DNA from: Octopus sinensis
Lineage: Eukaryota
Direction of reading: 5' to 3'
Length of the DNA: 64,000 nucleotides
NCBI RefSeq assembly: GCF_006345805.1
Contig: NC_043022.1
Location: 6,014,001 to 6,078,000, forward strand
A program made the position numbers and the translations under genes. Below are positions 49,572 through 62,303 of this stretch, in pieces. The notes beneath the pieces are model-generated. The model was not told the DNA's origin, did not search any database, and was given only the letters and a program-made list of their open reading frames with translations. Within the stretch, counting starts at the first letter, position 1. The number at the start of each line of letters is the position of its first letter.

Positions 49572-50220
49572 TACAGGTTGTCCGTAAATGACCTTTTTAC
49601 AATTTTGAAAATTCAGGGTAAAATTACAAATGAGAATAACTCCACAGAGTTTATTGAAAAACATTGACAAATAATAATAAATCTCTGAACGAGATATAAA
49701 CAGTAACCGCTCGACAACGTAAGGGGTATTTCACCAGAAGGTCTTTAGACACTATCTCAGTGCCCTTGTGTTTATATCTCATTCAGAGATTTATTATTGT
49801 TTTCAGACAGTTTTTCTACATCAGTGACAGTGGTTACTGTGAAAAACGTTATATATTATTTGCAGAGGGACTCTTTCATCGAAGACCGGTGCTTACCATG
49901 CGTTGACGAGAGGCAATTACCTTGAAACTATAGTCCGTATGTAGTACTTAGGTCTTCGAGGGAGGATGACCTCCCTTTGCAAATAACACAAGGGCACTGA
50001 GAGAGTGTCTCAAGTCCTTCTGGTGACGTTGATCGCCTGGGGCTAAAAGCATCAGTAACCCCCCCCCCCCAGTGGCTAGCCACATTCAGATGGCTAATAC
50101 CCCTTACATTGACAAATAATGTTTTATTAGAAACAGCAGAACATTTCAGCGTTGGCGCCACTGGTTGCACACATCTAAATGATAAATTACGGAGGTTGTA
50201 AAGATAATTTATGAACATCG
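49572..50220. mobile_element. Rearranged Tc1/mariner-like remnant with nested inverted segments
   Basis: Starts TA|caggttgtccgtaa (TIR-like, similar to the adjacent MITE); internal inverted pairs 49671-49702/49769-49800 and 49732-49772/49985-50025. Confidence 0.55.
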
Positions 50221-50226
50221 TGTATA

Positions 50227-50415
50227 CACAGTGTCCATAAGTTATGTTTTCAATTTGAAAAATTCAGATCAAAATGAAAAATACGGATAACTTTGCAGAA
50301 TTTATTGGAAAACATAGGCAAAGAAATAAAGTGACACACAACCTGCTGCAGTGTCCCTTTTATGTTTTTTTTTCTGAATTTTTCAAACTGTAAAGGTAAT
50401 TTTATGGACACCCTG
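50227..50415. mobile_element. Tc1/mariner-type MITE
   Basis: TA|cacagtgtccataa ... ttatggacaccctg|TA terminal inverted repeats. Confidence 0.85.
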
Positions 50416-51006
50416 TATAGTTTGTGTGTTTTTGTTTCAGCAATTTTATATTTCAAGTCTTAATAACTGACATCAATATAGTACAGCATTTAGAAGTTAG
50501 TGTACCCACTAACCACATTGTATCACTCCAATACAGCACTTTGGAGATTCTGGTAGTGCCAACCACAAAACAATGGAAATTTGCTGATTTGAATTGAGGT
50601 TAATTGCTGGTCCAAAGTGTCTCCCGATAAACACTCAACTATTTTAACTGCCTGTTGACTTTTCTACATTGACCCCAATTGTCCCTTCCATCTTACACGG
50701 CACCTTCCTCCATTCCTTTCCTTAACTGGTACTTTTTACTATTAGCTGCCCTGCTTATTCCCCACCAACTCCTTTACAATAAACTCGGATCGTTTATCAT
50801 ATCACCAGCACTAGAGAGAGAGAGAGAGAGAGTGAGAGACAGACAGACAGAGAAGTAGTCCCTCGTCAAGGCCCCTGTAGCTTACAAGGCCTCTGTTCAT
50901 TTCTGTTCTTTTATACTTCAATATTATGCTTTCCCTTCTGACCCTCAAACGTTTTTCTCTCTCCACCATTACAATCCTTGCTTGAATACAGAAACAGGGT
51001 CTACAA

Positions 51007-51085
51007 CAGTGTTTCTCAACCCTTTTCTCTCTACCGACCCCTTCTGAATCCTATTTTACACTACAGGACCCTCGTAGACATTCAA
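51007..51085 (+). mobile_element. hAT-type terminal fragment
   Basis: cagtgtttctcaaccctttt is a typical hAT/Charlie-like TIR start. Confidence 0.55.
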
Positions 51086-51109
51086 TGTTTAACAAAAGAC
51101 CCATTCTTT

Positions 51110-51725
51110 TATTCTTTCACTTGTTTCTGTCACTTGACCGTGGCCATACTGGAGCACCACCTTGAAAGGCTTTAGTCGAGCAAATCGCCCCCCCCCCCAA
51201 GGACTTATTTTTTAAGTCTCGTACTTACTTTACTGGTCAATTTTGCCGAACAACTAAGTTATGGGGATGTAAACACACCAACACCAGTTGTCAAGCGGTG
51301 ATGGGGGACAAACAGACACAAGGACACACACACATATATTATTTTATTTGTTTCAATCGTTTGACTGTGGCCATGCTAGAGCACTTCCTTTTGTCAAACA
51401 AATCAATCCTAGGACTTATTCTTTGTAAGCCTAGTACTTATTCTATCAGTCACTTTTGCCAAACTGCTAAGTTACGGGGACATAAACACACCAATATCGG
51501 TTGTCAAGCAATGGTGGGAGGGACAAACACAGACACACAAACATACACACACACACATACACATATATATGATGGGCTTCTTTCAGTTTCTATCTACCAA
51601 ATTCAGTCACAGAGCTTTGGTCAGCCCAAGGCTATAGTAGAAGACACTTGCCCAAGGTGCCACGCAGTGGGACTGAACCCAGAACTATGTGTTTGGAAAG
51701 CAAGCATCTTACCACACAGCCACAC
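51110..51725 (-). mobile_element. S1 SINE partial copy plus full copy, tandem
   Basis: tgaccgtggccatactggagcacc (51135) and tgactgtggccatgctagagcac (51362)...cttaccacacagccac. Confidence 0.88.
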
Positions 51726-51944
51726 GAGGAACTATATGAAAAAAAAAAAACAAGTTAAAATATTTTGTTTATTCTAGGGATTTTGCTTATTCTAGGGATT
51801 TAACCAATTTATTGTACATAAATTTTAGCAACAAAATCTTGCATGAACCCCAAAGGATAATAATATAAACCCTCATTGAGAACCGCTGGTCTACATTAAT
51901 GTCTCTTATCTTGAGAAACTATTGTAAATATTTATTGAAAACGA

Positions 51945-52038
51945 GTGGCACCTTGGGCAAGTGTCTTCTACTATAGCCTCGGGCCGACCAAAGCCTTGTG
52001 AGTGGATTTGGTAGACGGAAACTGAAAGAAGCCCGTCG

Positions 52039-52069
<31 letters not shown>

Positions 52070-52295
52070 TTGTGTGTCTGTGTTTGTCCCCCTAGCATTG
52101 CTTGACAACCGATGCTGGTGTGTTTATGTCCCCGTCACTTAGCGGTTCGGCAAAAAGAGACCGGTAGAATAAGTACTGGGCTTACAAAAAGAATAAGTCC
52201 CGGGGTCGAGTTGCTCGATTAAAGGTGGTGCTCCAGCGTGGCCGCAGTCAAATGACTGAAACAAGTAAAAGAGTAAAAGAGTAAAGAGTAAGAGT
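51945..52295 (+). mobile_element. 5'-truncated S1 SINE flanked by a 102-bp direct repeat
   Basis: Starts gtggcaccttgggcaag (no head), ends (gagtaaa)n; flanks 51843-51944 and 52296-52397 differ at one base. Confidence 0.95.
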
Positions 52296-53365
52296 ATGAA
52301 CCCCAAAGGATAATAATATAAACCCTCATTGAGAACCGCTGATCTACATTAATGTCTCTTATCTTGAGAAACTATTGTAAATATTTATTGAAAACGAACA
52401 ACCAGAAATTCTAAGTCAGGCCCTTTATATAAATCTGCCCTTATTTACTACCAATCTCTTCATAATTTTCAATGAACGGTTTTAATACTTTTCCCAGCTT
52501 TGCCAATAACGGTTTTGCTCCAATTTTTTCTCCTCTCGACTCAAACATGAAGATATCAACCGTTTCGCTTTCATTATTATCATTTAGCTGCAGCAACCCT
52601 TCTGCTCTGCTCTACTCTCCTCCTCCTCCTCCTTTCCCTCTTGCCACAGATTCTTACTCTTTCATTTTCCAATTTAATGGTTCTTCCCCCCACCTCTGCC
52701 TATTTTGATGGTTGTTAAATGAGACATGTTATTTCTGAGATTGTCTTTTCTTATGGCAACACAGAGAAACTTGTCAATCGTTTTGGTTTTGCTTTCTTTG
52801 TTTTCGCACCCCACCCCCCCACACACGTGTGTGTGTGTGTGTTATATATGCAAGTGTATGTATATATGTGTGCATGCTTTATGTACACACACGCACACGC
52901 ATGCATATACATACATATGTGTGTGTGTGTGTGTGTGTGTAATGTATGTATACACGATTTAAAGAATTCAGATGAGATATTACTGCAATATCTACAGAGA
53001 ATAAATTCTTCATTGTTTTAGAAGTTCTTCAGCCCCAGGGCAGCATTAATTAATACACATGTTCATGTATGTATGTATGTATGTATCTATGTATGCATGC
53101 ATGTATGTATGTATGTATGTATGTATGTATGCAATCACAAACACACACACAAACACAGACACACATACGTACCTACCTGTGTATGTGTGTATATGTGATT
53201 GCACATGTATATACATACATACACACACTCCCACGTAAGACCTGTGATCAAAGATATTCCAGCTGAGCCAGTGTATGAGTAATTTCAATTGCTATTTCTA
53301 GCAGAAGAAGTGACTTCTTAGAGGTTCATTCATTCATTGCCCTGCCTCTGAAATTCTCCTTATAG

Positions 53366-53480
53366 TTACTGTTTGGTGAGGAGTGTTGGTTTGTGCTCGA
53401 GACCTCTCCCCTACCGATCCTCAGCCATTGGGATGGGCACGGCCCACTCGCAGACGAGTGGAGGTGTAATTCTGAATCTG
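53366..53480 (+). other. Candidate 115-nt exon
   Basis: Acceptor ctgaaattctccttatAG; donor CTG|GTAACA; two frames open (LLFGEECWFVLETSPLPILSHWDGHGPLADEWRCNSES; xYCLVRSVGLCSRPLPYRSSAIGMGTAHSQTSGGVILNL); CpG-rich. Confidence 0.3.
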
Positions 53481-54100
53481 GTAACAGCAGAGACAGCAAA
53501 TGAATTATGTATCCAATAAATGTTGGTGTATGTAAATAAAGCCAGAGACCAGTTGAAGCTGTTTGATGAGGTTTTTCTTGTTTATTTTTCTTAGATAAAT
53601 GTCAAATATTTAAATAAACTTCACTCCATAAACTGGATTAATGGCTGAGCTTTATAAGTGACCTCTACGGAAGATGGGAATCACAAAAAGAAACGCAGAA
53701 CTGATTGAATGAAGCCGGAATTGCCAACAATTGATTGCAGTGTTTGTTTACAGTAACTGTCTGCCGTGTTTGGTTTGGTAAGGGCGTGGGTAGTGGTTCA
53801 AGGGTGGCCTTTTCTTCCACAATCTTCATTTGTTAAATAGCCAAAACATTTTTGTAACGATGTCTGTAGAAGCTATAATCGAGCGATGGCATATTAAATC
53901 AAGCTTTTATAACTTAATAATTCATATGAAATTCCAGCCAAATGATTGGAGTTTTGTTGCCAGAAACAGTGGAAAGCAATTCTTTGTTGCAGTTTGATTC
54001 GATGGACCAAAAACTAACTTTGGTTTCTTCTCAGCTTTTGGAGACTAGGAAATGCGATAAAATGGAAAGATGTATCTTGATAGTTGAGCACTTCTTTATA

Positions 54101-54305
54101 TCATCATCATCATCATCATCGTTTAACGTCCGCTTTCCATGCTAGCATGGGTTGGACGGTTTAACTGGGGTCTGGGGAGCCCGAAGGCTGCACCAGGCCA
54201 GTCAGATCTGGCAGTGTTTCTACAGCTGGATGCCCTTCCTAACGCCAACCACTCCAAGAGTGTACTGGGTGATTTTTATGTGCCACCGACACAGGTGCCA
54301 GATGG
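54101..54305 (-). mobile_element. Family S4 element (3' part)
   Basis: Matches 24281-24480. Confidence 0.88.
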
Positions 54306-54519
54306 TGTTTGTTACGTAAAACAAATATTATGGTAATCTTCCCTTTCTCCTTACTGAAAAAGAGTTATGCACGAAACATAAAACTCTCTCCTTTCACTGA
54401 GTGTCAAGTTAATACATTCCTTTTGCATGTCCTCACCTTCATTTTTTTTGTTTTTTTAATCGTTTATTTGAACTGTTTATTTATTGGAATTGATTTTATA
54501 CAGAGTAAGCACATAAATG

Positions 54520-54730
54520 TGGAACAAGATGGAAAAAATAGTACTCAATACCAGAGATAGAGTAATATGCTTTATTAATAAAGCTGAAAAGACATCACAA
54601 AAAACTGTTACTCAGCGTTTCATGTTCCTGTTTGTCGGACAGTTTTGGTACCAAATCTCTCAGACGAATGAGAACATGAAACTTTGAGTAACAGTTTTTT
54701 GTGATGTCTTTTCAGCTTTTTTAATAAAGC
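54520..54730. mobile_element. Penelope-like terminal sequence folded back on itself (162-bp palindrome)
   Basis: Left arm is homologous to 19112-19240; 54569-54730 is symmetric about GGTACC (54647-54652). Confidence 0.7.
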
Positions 54731-54738
54731 AAGTATAT

Positions 54739-55160
54739 TCTTTATTCTTTTCTTTCTTTCTTTATTCTTTTACCTGTTTCAGTCATTTGACTGCGGCCAT
54801 GCTGGAGCACCGCCTTTAGTCGAGCAACTCGACCCCGAGACTTATTCTTTTGTAAGCCTAGTACTTATTCTATCGGTCTCTTTTGCCGAACCGCTAAGTA
54901 ATGGGGACATAAACGCACCAGCATCGGTTGTCAAGCAATGCTAGGGGACAAACACAGACACACAAATACACACTCGCATACATATATATACATATATACG
55001 ACGGGCTTCTTTCAGTTTCCGTCTACCAAATCCACTCACAAGGCTTTGGTCGGCCCGAGGCTATAGTAGAAGACACTTGCCCAAGATGCCACGCAGTGAG
55101 ACTGAACCCGCAACCATGTGGTTGGTAGACAAGCTACTTACCACACAGCCACTCCTGCGA
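54739..55160 (-). mobile_element. SINE family S1, full length, young
   Basis: Near-identical reverse complement of 44337-44728. Confidence 0.96.
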
Positions 55161-55684
55161 TACATATACATAGGTAGTTAGATGTTGAGATGTTGTGTGT
55201 GTGTGTGTGTGTGTGTATAGTTAGCTAATTACTCCCAGTTGCTCTGTCCAGCTCTGACTACTAGAAACCCCTGAGATAAAAACTAGTTGCCCTTCAATAT
55301 AAGGGCTAATCTCATCTTAACGAATATAAAACCCTGGAATTTTTCTGGGGTTTATTTTTTTCATGATACAAATAATTCGTTAGACAGAATCATCCTAAGA
55401 CAACATCCTTTTACTGAAACTATCTCTGCTGAAAGGGTTCTCGTTTGTTTATTTTTTTTCTTCTTCTTCTCTCAGCAAAGTGAATCCCTATGTTGTTTCC
55501 TTTTATAACTTTGTGTTGGAGAGAGAAAGAAGGCCCTGGTGGTGGAATATTATCATTATTATCATTATTATTATTATGATTATTATTATTACTACCATCT
55601 GTGAGGGTAGATAAAGGAGTTGTAACATCTACAATTTAATATGCTCTTTGTCAATAACATTCTTTTCTTTGCGTCTCATATCTT

Positions 55685-55715
<31 letters not shown>

Positions 55716-55961
55716 CTGTCTATATCTATATTATTATTACTATCATCATCATTGTTATATATATTTTTGAGTCTTCCCTTTTCTCTCTCTCTCTCTCTCT
55801 CTCTCCTTCCTCTATCACTCGTCTCTATTTATATCAAATACCAGCACCTCTTGGCATTCCCCAACAAAGTACTTTCAAACCCACGTCTTGTCTTCCACAA
55901 TAGACTCACTTCTTTCCACCTGAGCTGTTCCACAACTCTTGCAAAATGGCTCCATCAGCAC

Positions 55962-56042
<81 letters not shown>

Positions 56043-56494
56043 GTTTCCCTCCCCTTTTCTCACCTATTTCACTCACACCTTCTCCTCCTCCTCCTCCTCT
56101 CTTGTGGAAAAATATGTGTTTCTCAGTGAAGAAGTGGTTACATTTTTTTTTTTTTTTCCGTTCAACGACAAAAAATAAACAAACAAACAAACAAACAAAC
56201 AAAAAAGCTCCCCCACCCTCTCCCGCAGCCCCCACCCCCACCGCCCAAGTGCCAATGTTATGCAGCATCAATCATCACCGTTATTACACCACATTTATAA
56301 ACAAGAAAGGGAAGGGTGTGAGGGGGAGGGGGTGGAAGCAGGTGGGGGGTGGGGGAACGGCTAATAGACATTTCTTTGGCACTTTTCTTGTTCTGGAGAT
56401 AATGAGGAGGAGGAGGAGGAGGAGGAGAATGTAGAAACAGAGATTACAAGTTCAAGCTACGATAAAAGCAGGGTAAAAAAAAAGTTTCAAATCT

Positions 56495-57058
56495 GCTCTT
56501 CACTCACACACACATGCACACACATATATACATATACACACATATACATATATATATATATACACGTACATATACACTCATACACATACATATATACACA
56601 TACACACCTATACATTTACATATGCATATATATACACACATACATATACATGCATTCACATGCACATATGCACACATACACACACACACACATGCATACT
56701 TATACACATACATATGCACATACATACACACACATACCCAAACATGCATGTTCATATACACTCATAAACATACACACACACACACATACATGTACATATA
56801 CACACACATATATACATACATAGACACATACATACATACACACATGCATACATATACACACATACATGTACATATACACACACATATATACATACATATA
56901 CACATACATACATACACACATGCATACATATACACACATACATGTACATATACACACACATGTATATATACATATACATACACACATGCATACAGACATA
57001 AACATACATGCACGCATACACCTACATATGCGCACACACACACACACACACACACACA
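56495..57058. repeat. Degenerate (CA/TA)n microsatellite field
   Basis: Direct reading. Confidence 0.95.
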
Positions 57059-57494
57059 GACTTACTTTTCTGTTCAGTTGAAGCAAAATAATGAAACAAT
57101 TTAAATAATTTGTCTTCAATTGTCTTGAATCAATTCACCCATGCCGAGGTGGTGGCGCCGGTGGTGGCGGCGATGACAATGTTTCAAAAGAGCGGAAGAT
57201 TCTTCAGAGATACTTTACAGCGTTTAATTTTGTAATCCTTAAAATGGAAAGAAAAAAACTTGGAGGGGGGGGAAAGAAAATAAGGGGAGGAAAAAAAGAA
57301 AAAAAAAGCATAAATAAATAAACAAATAAGAATGAGGGTGGGGGTGGGGGTGTAGTGTTTGTTTAAAAGCGAATTCATTTGCCATTAAACAATTTCACTG
57401 CTTTAATGAGTATTTAATTTGTCTTAAATAGAAATTTGAACCTGGGAATCTATGGGCCCTTGGAATTGGTATTGTTGACATTTCTGGAGAGAAT

Positions 57495-57498
57495 ATGT

Positions 57499-57529
<31 letters not shown>

Positions 57530-57950
57530 AGGCAGTGTGTGAAAGAGAGAGAGAGAAAGAGACAGAGAAAAAGAAAGACTGTGTGTGTGAGAGAGAGGGA
57601 CAGACAGAAAATAAAGACCGAGAGAAAGAGAGATAGACAGATAGAGAGACAGAGAAAGAGAAAGGCAGTGTGTGAAAGAGAGAGAGAGAGAGAGACAGAA
57701 AAAGAAAGACTGTGTGTGAGAGAGAGGGACAGACAGAAAATAAAGACTGAGAGAGAGAGAGACAGATAGACAGACAGAGAAAGAGAAAGGCAGTGTGTGA
57801 GAGAGAGAGAAGGACAAGCAGACAGAAAAAGAAAGAGAGTGAGAAAGAAAGATAGTGTTTTTGTGAGAGAGATTGAGAAAGAAAGATAGTGTTTTTGTGA
57901 GAGAAAGTGAGAAAGAAAGATAGTGTTTTGTGAGAGAGAGTGAGACAGGC
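57495..57950. repeat. GA-rich higher-order repeat (~125-135-bp unit x2-3, then ~36-bp unit x3)
   Basis: gagaaagagaaaggcagtgtgtga recurs at ~57518, 57654 and 57778; gaaagaaagatagtgtttt(t)gtga x3. Confidence 0.9.
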
Positions 57951-58179
57951 AGAGAGTGTGCATGTGTGTGGAAAGAGCGTGGGGGGCGGGGACGAGTAGG
58001 AAAGTACTTTAGGAAATGTTTCCCAAGGAGACTCTAGCGTTTGGTTGCTTGTAATCTTGGCTTCGGGATTGAAATAGGAAATCTGAAAATGAGGGTTTTC
58101 TCCTAATCTCAACGTTATTCTCTTCACGGTCTGTTGGTTGGCTGAGGGAAAAACAGAAATGGTTTTAATACATTCCCAA

Positions 58180-58530
58180 CCACATGGTTCTAGGTTCAGT
58201 CCCACTGCGTGGCACCTTGGACAAGTGTATTCTACTATAGCCTAGGGCTGACCAAAGCCTTATGAGTGGAGATTTGACAGATGGAAACTGAAAGAAGCCC
58301 ATCTTATATGTATGTGTGTGTGTGCGTGACTTTGTGTCTGGGTTTCCCCCCCCCTCGCTTGATAACCGGTGTTGGTGTGTTTACATCCCCATGACTGATA
58401 GAATAAGTACCAAGTTTGAATGTAAAATAAAAGTCCTCGGGTCGATTCAGTCAACTAAAATTCTTCCAGGCAGTGCCCCAGCATGGCCGCAGACTAATGA
58501 ATGAAAGAAGTAGAAGATTAAAGACAAAAG
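58180..58530 (+). mobile_element. SINE family S1, diverged
   Basis: ccacatggttctaggttcagtcccactgcgtggcaccttgg...cagcatggccgcagac. Confidence 0.88.
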
Positions 58531-58734
58531 ACTAATGTATCAGCCTCCTCAAACGCATGCAACTCTCTCTTCAACCTTTCCTTCTCACTCCCTCTCCCTC
58601 TCACTCTTTCACACACTCTCTGCCTCTCCCTCTCATACACACACACACTCACTCTCTCCCATAAACATTCTGACATTATTTTACTTTAATCTTATTCTAC
58701 TAAATAACAACAGCAAGAACAACATCATTTCAAC

Positions 58735-58934
58735 TCTTTTACTCTTTTACTTGTTTCAGTCATTTGACTGCGGCCATGCTGGAGCACCGCCTTTAGTCGA
58801 GCAAATCGACCCCGGGACTTATTCTTTGTAAGCCCAGTACTTATTCTATCGGTCTCTTTTGCCGAACCACTAAGTGACGGGGACGTAAACACACCAGCAT
58901 CGGTTGTCAAGCAATGCTAGGGGAACAAACACAG

Positions 58935-58967
<33 letters not shown>

Positions 58968-59128
58968 CGACAGGCTTCTCTCAATTTCTGTCTACCAAAT
59001 CCACTGACAAGGCATTGGTCGGCCCGGGGCTATAGCAGAAGACACTTGCCCAAGATGCCACGCAGTGGGACTGAACCCGGAACCATGTGGTTGGTTAGCA
59101 AGCTACTTACCACACAGCCACTCCTGCG
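58735..59128 (-). mobile_element. SINE family S1, full length, young
   Basis: actcttttacttgtttcagtcatttgactgcggcc...cacagccactcctgcg. Confidence 0.96.
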
Positions 59129-59231
59129 TAGAATTTCTACCAATGTATTCTTCTCTCAGAATATTTTTTGGTAGAATCACTAGAATCCTTCCTTTTGTTG
59201 AACCAATCAACTCCTTACTACACTGAATGTA

Positions 59232-59272
<41 letters not shown>

Positions 59273-59865
59273 CTATCTACCATTTTGGTTTTTTAAAGAC
59301 TAGTTTGAGGGAAGTTTGACTGCTATTTCTAGCATATTAAGTGACCATGTAGAAAGATACGCATTTCTCTCAAATATGGCAACAACCAGGATGATTCCAT
59401 TATACATATCCTGCTTTTTCTTCTAAGACAGTATGAGGGTATGAGGGAGACTTGACTGTTATTTCCAGCATCCTTCATGACTCGTTTCATTCATTGCTTA
59501 TTACATATGTCCCACAATAAACTTTAGTTGACATTACAATCATGATATCTTTTAATGGAACTGAAATAATTAAGTGAAACACATTTAAAGAAGAATAAAG
59601 AAGAATAAAACAGAAATAAAAGCAAGACCCCTGCCTCCCCCTTCTAACATCATCTCCTTTCCTTTTCAAGACGGAACCCATTAAATCTCTATTGACACCC
59701 CCATCCCAGTCTCCACCACCCTCCTCCAAGCCCCGCACCGTTTATTTTCCTTTTTAATTCCCTACCATTTTTCTGCTTCTAATAACCACCCTCACTCACT
59801 GGTAAATGCCATTTTGTGAAATCAGAGTCAGACACCACCACCTCCCCGCACCCCACCCACGTCAC

Positions 59866-60099
59866 CATCATCATTATTATTATCATCATCATTATTATTA
59901 TCATCATCATCATTATTAACATCATTGTTATTATTATCATTATTATCCATTCAGGGGTTGATAAATTAAGTACCTGTTATGCACTGGGGGTCAATATAAT
60001 CAACTGGTCCTCTCCCCAAAAATTTCAGGCCTTGTGCCTATAGTAGAAAGGATCATTATTAATATTATCATCATCATCATTATCATCATCATCATTATT

Positions 60100-60143
<44 letters not shown>

Positions 60144-60258
60144 TATTATTATTATTATTATCATTATCATCATCATTATTATCATCATCATCATCATTAT
60201 TATTATTATTCTTACCATCATCATCATCATACCATTCGTCGTCATCATAATCATTAGT
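59866..60258. repeat. (ATC/ATT)n tracts flanking an S2 SINE 3' fragment (59955-60050)
   Basis: Direct reading; ttcaggggttgataaattaagtacc...ttcaggccttgtgcc. Confidence 0.9.
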
Positions 60259-61379
60259 ATTACTACTGCTGCTCTGCAGAATCCTTTTAAATGAGTCTCT
60301 TGGATGACTCTTGTGGGTTGAGGAACAGATGTAGGAGGTCCAGGGAGTGCTTCACCACCAGTATATCTTCTGCCGACAGCTCTAGGTGAACAGTACACCA
60401 GCACACACACACACACACACCACACACTCCTTCTCTCACACATCACTGCTGTTGTTGTTGTTGTTAGGTTTTGTCATTTGAACTCGATTCCATTTCTGTA
60501 ATTGAAACTTTATTATTCCGAAACCAAACGCCACCTTTTATTTAATGGAGTTTTTTTATATAATTTTTCATAAAATTTCCCCTTTTTTTTTTGCCTGGTA
60601 AAATTTCAGTCTGGTTTCCCTGATAATTTAGTGTGTTTTTAGACAGTATTTAGGGGTTTGTGACAGTTATAATTAATGGGGGAAATTTTGAAGAGGGTTT
60701 TCTGTAAATCCTAGAATATAAAGTGTGAGATCATATCTGCTGGTTGGCAATAGCAACAACATAAAATACTATAATTTTAAAAAATAATATTTTTTTCATG
60801 TTATTTACAATTTGTCAGTATATAGACACAGGTGTAAGCCTGATGTGTGTATGTGTGTGTGTGTGTATGGGCTTAATGCTGTTAGCTTGAGTCCTTGGTC
60901 CAGCCAGTTTCGAATTGTATCGGAGATAAGTGGGCAAAACTACATGGGCATTCTGGACACTGAAGAGGCAACTGGCTGTGAACGATCCTTTTTTTCCATA
61001 TGTTGCGTTTTGACAGTTTCTTTTTGTTGTGCTTTTCTGTTTTACTTTTGGTTTTACATACATACATACAGGCGCAGGAGTGGCTGTGTGGTAAGTAGCT
61101 TGTCTACCAGCCACATGGTTCCGAGTTCAGTCCCACTGCGTGGCATCTTGGGCAAGTGTCTTCTGCTATAGCCCCGGGCCGACCAATGCCTTGTTAGTGA
61201 AACAAGTAAAAGAGAAAGAGAGAAAGAGAGTGTACCGTAGATGAATAAACAAAGAATTGTACAGACTTTATGGAAAACGAAACTCCTAAGAGTGTGGAGA
61301 GAATTTATAAAAGCTTAATTATATAAAGATAATAATAAAATAAATATTTACAAATTACAAAATTAATGAAAAAATATAC

Positions 61380-61466
61380 AGTACAGTACTGTTTTTACTT
61401 CATGGATTTTCGCTTATCCCAGGGGGGGTCTGGAACATAACACCCACGGTAGTCGAGGGATTACTG
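61380..61466 (-). mobile_element. pogo/Tigger-like terminal fragment
   Basis: Ends cgagggattactg|TA, i.e. TA-cagtaatccctcg on the minus strand, a Tigger-type TIR. Confidence 0.6.
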
Positions 61467-61479
61467 TATATAGGTAGGG

Positions 61480-61815
61480 CTGTGTGGTAAGAAGTTTTCT
61501 TCCAAACCATATGGTTCCAGGTTCAGTCACACTGTGGAACTTTGGCAAACTGTCTTTTTTACTATAGCACTCAGGTCAACCAAAGCTTTGTAAGTGGATT
61601 TGGTAGGCGGAAACTGAAAGAAGCTTGTCACATACATGTGTGTGTGTCCCACCTACCTTCACTTGACAACTGATGTTGGTTTGTTTATGTCCCATCCATG
61701 TAATTTAGCAGTTTGGCAAAAGAAACTGATAGAATAACTAACAGGCTTTAAAAAATCTTTTAAAGTGGTGCTCTAGCATGGCCGCAGTCAAATGACTGAA
61801 ACAAGTAAAAGGTTA
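61480..61815 (+). mobile_element. SINE family S1, diverged
   Basis: ggctgtgtggtaagaag...gactgaaacaagtaaaagg. Confidence 0.9.
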
Positions 61816-61849
61816 CACACATATATATAAATATATATATATATAAATA

Positions 61850-62052
61850 TTACTCTTTTACTTGTTTCAGTCCTTTGACTGCAGCCATGCTGGAGCACTA
61901 CCTTTAGTCGAGCAAATCAACCCCGGGACTTAATCATTGTAAGCCCAGTACTTATTCTATCGGCCTCTTTTGCTGAACCGCTAAGTGACAGGGACATAAA
62001 CACACCAACATTGGTTGTCAAGCAATGCTAGGGGGACAAACACAGACACACA

Positions 62053-62095
<43 letters not shown>

Positions 62096-62263
62096 TATAT
62101 ACGACGGGCTTCTTTCAGTTTCCGTCTACCAAATCCACTCACAAGGCTTTGGTCAGCCCGAGGCTATAGTAGAAGACACTTACGCAAGATGCCACGCAGT
62201 GGGACTGAACCCAGAACCATGTGGTTGGTAAACAAGCTACTTACCACACAACCACTCCTGCGC
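61850..62263 (-). mobile_element. SINE family S1, full length
   Basis: tactcttttacttgtttcagtc...accactcctgcgcc. Confidence 0.95.
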
Positions 62264-62303
62264 CTTATATATATATATATATATATATAGATAGATAGAT
62301 ATA

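Noticed and set aside
56320-56356. G-quadruplex-capable G runs (also 5770-5880 and 10615-10635)
   Set aside because: Common in this low-complexity background, with no linked feature to suggest function.
60865-61030. Protein-like frames (SSQFRIVSEISGQNYMGILDTEEATGCE; minus-strand CPECPCSFAH)
   Set aside because: No good donor on +; the zinc-finger-like minus frame lacks the His pair.
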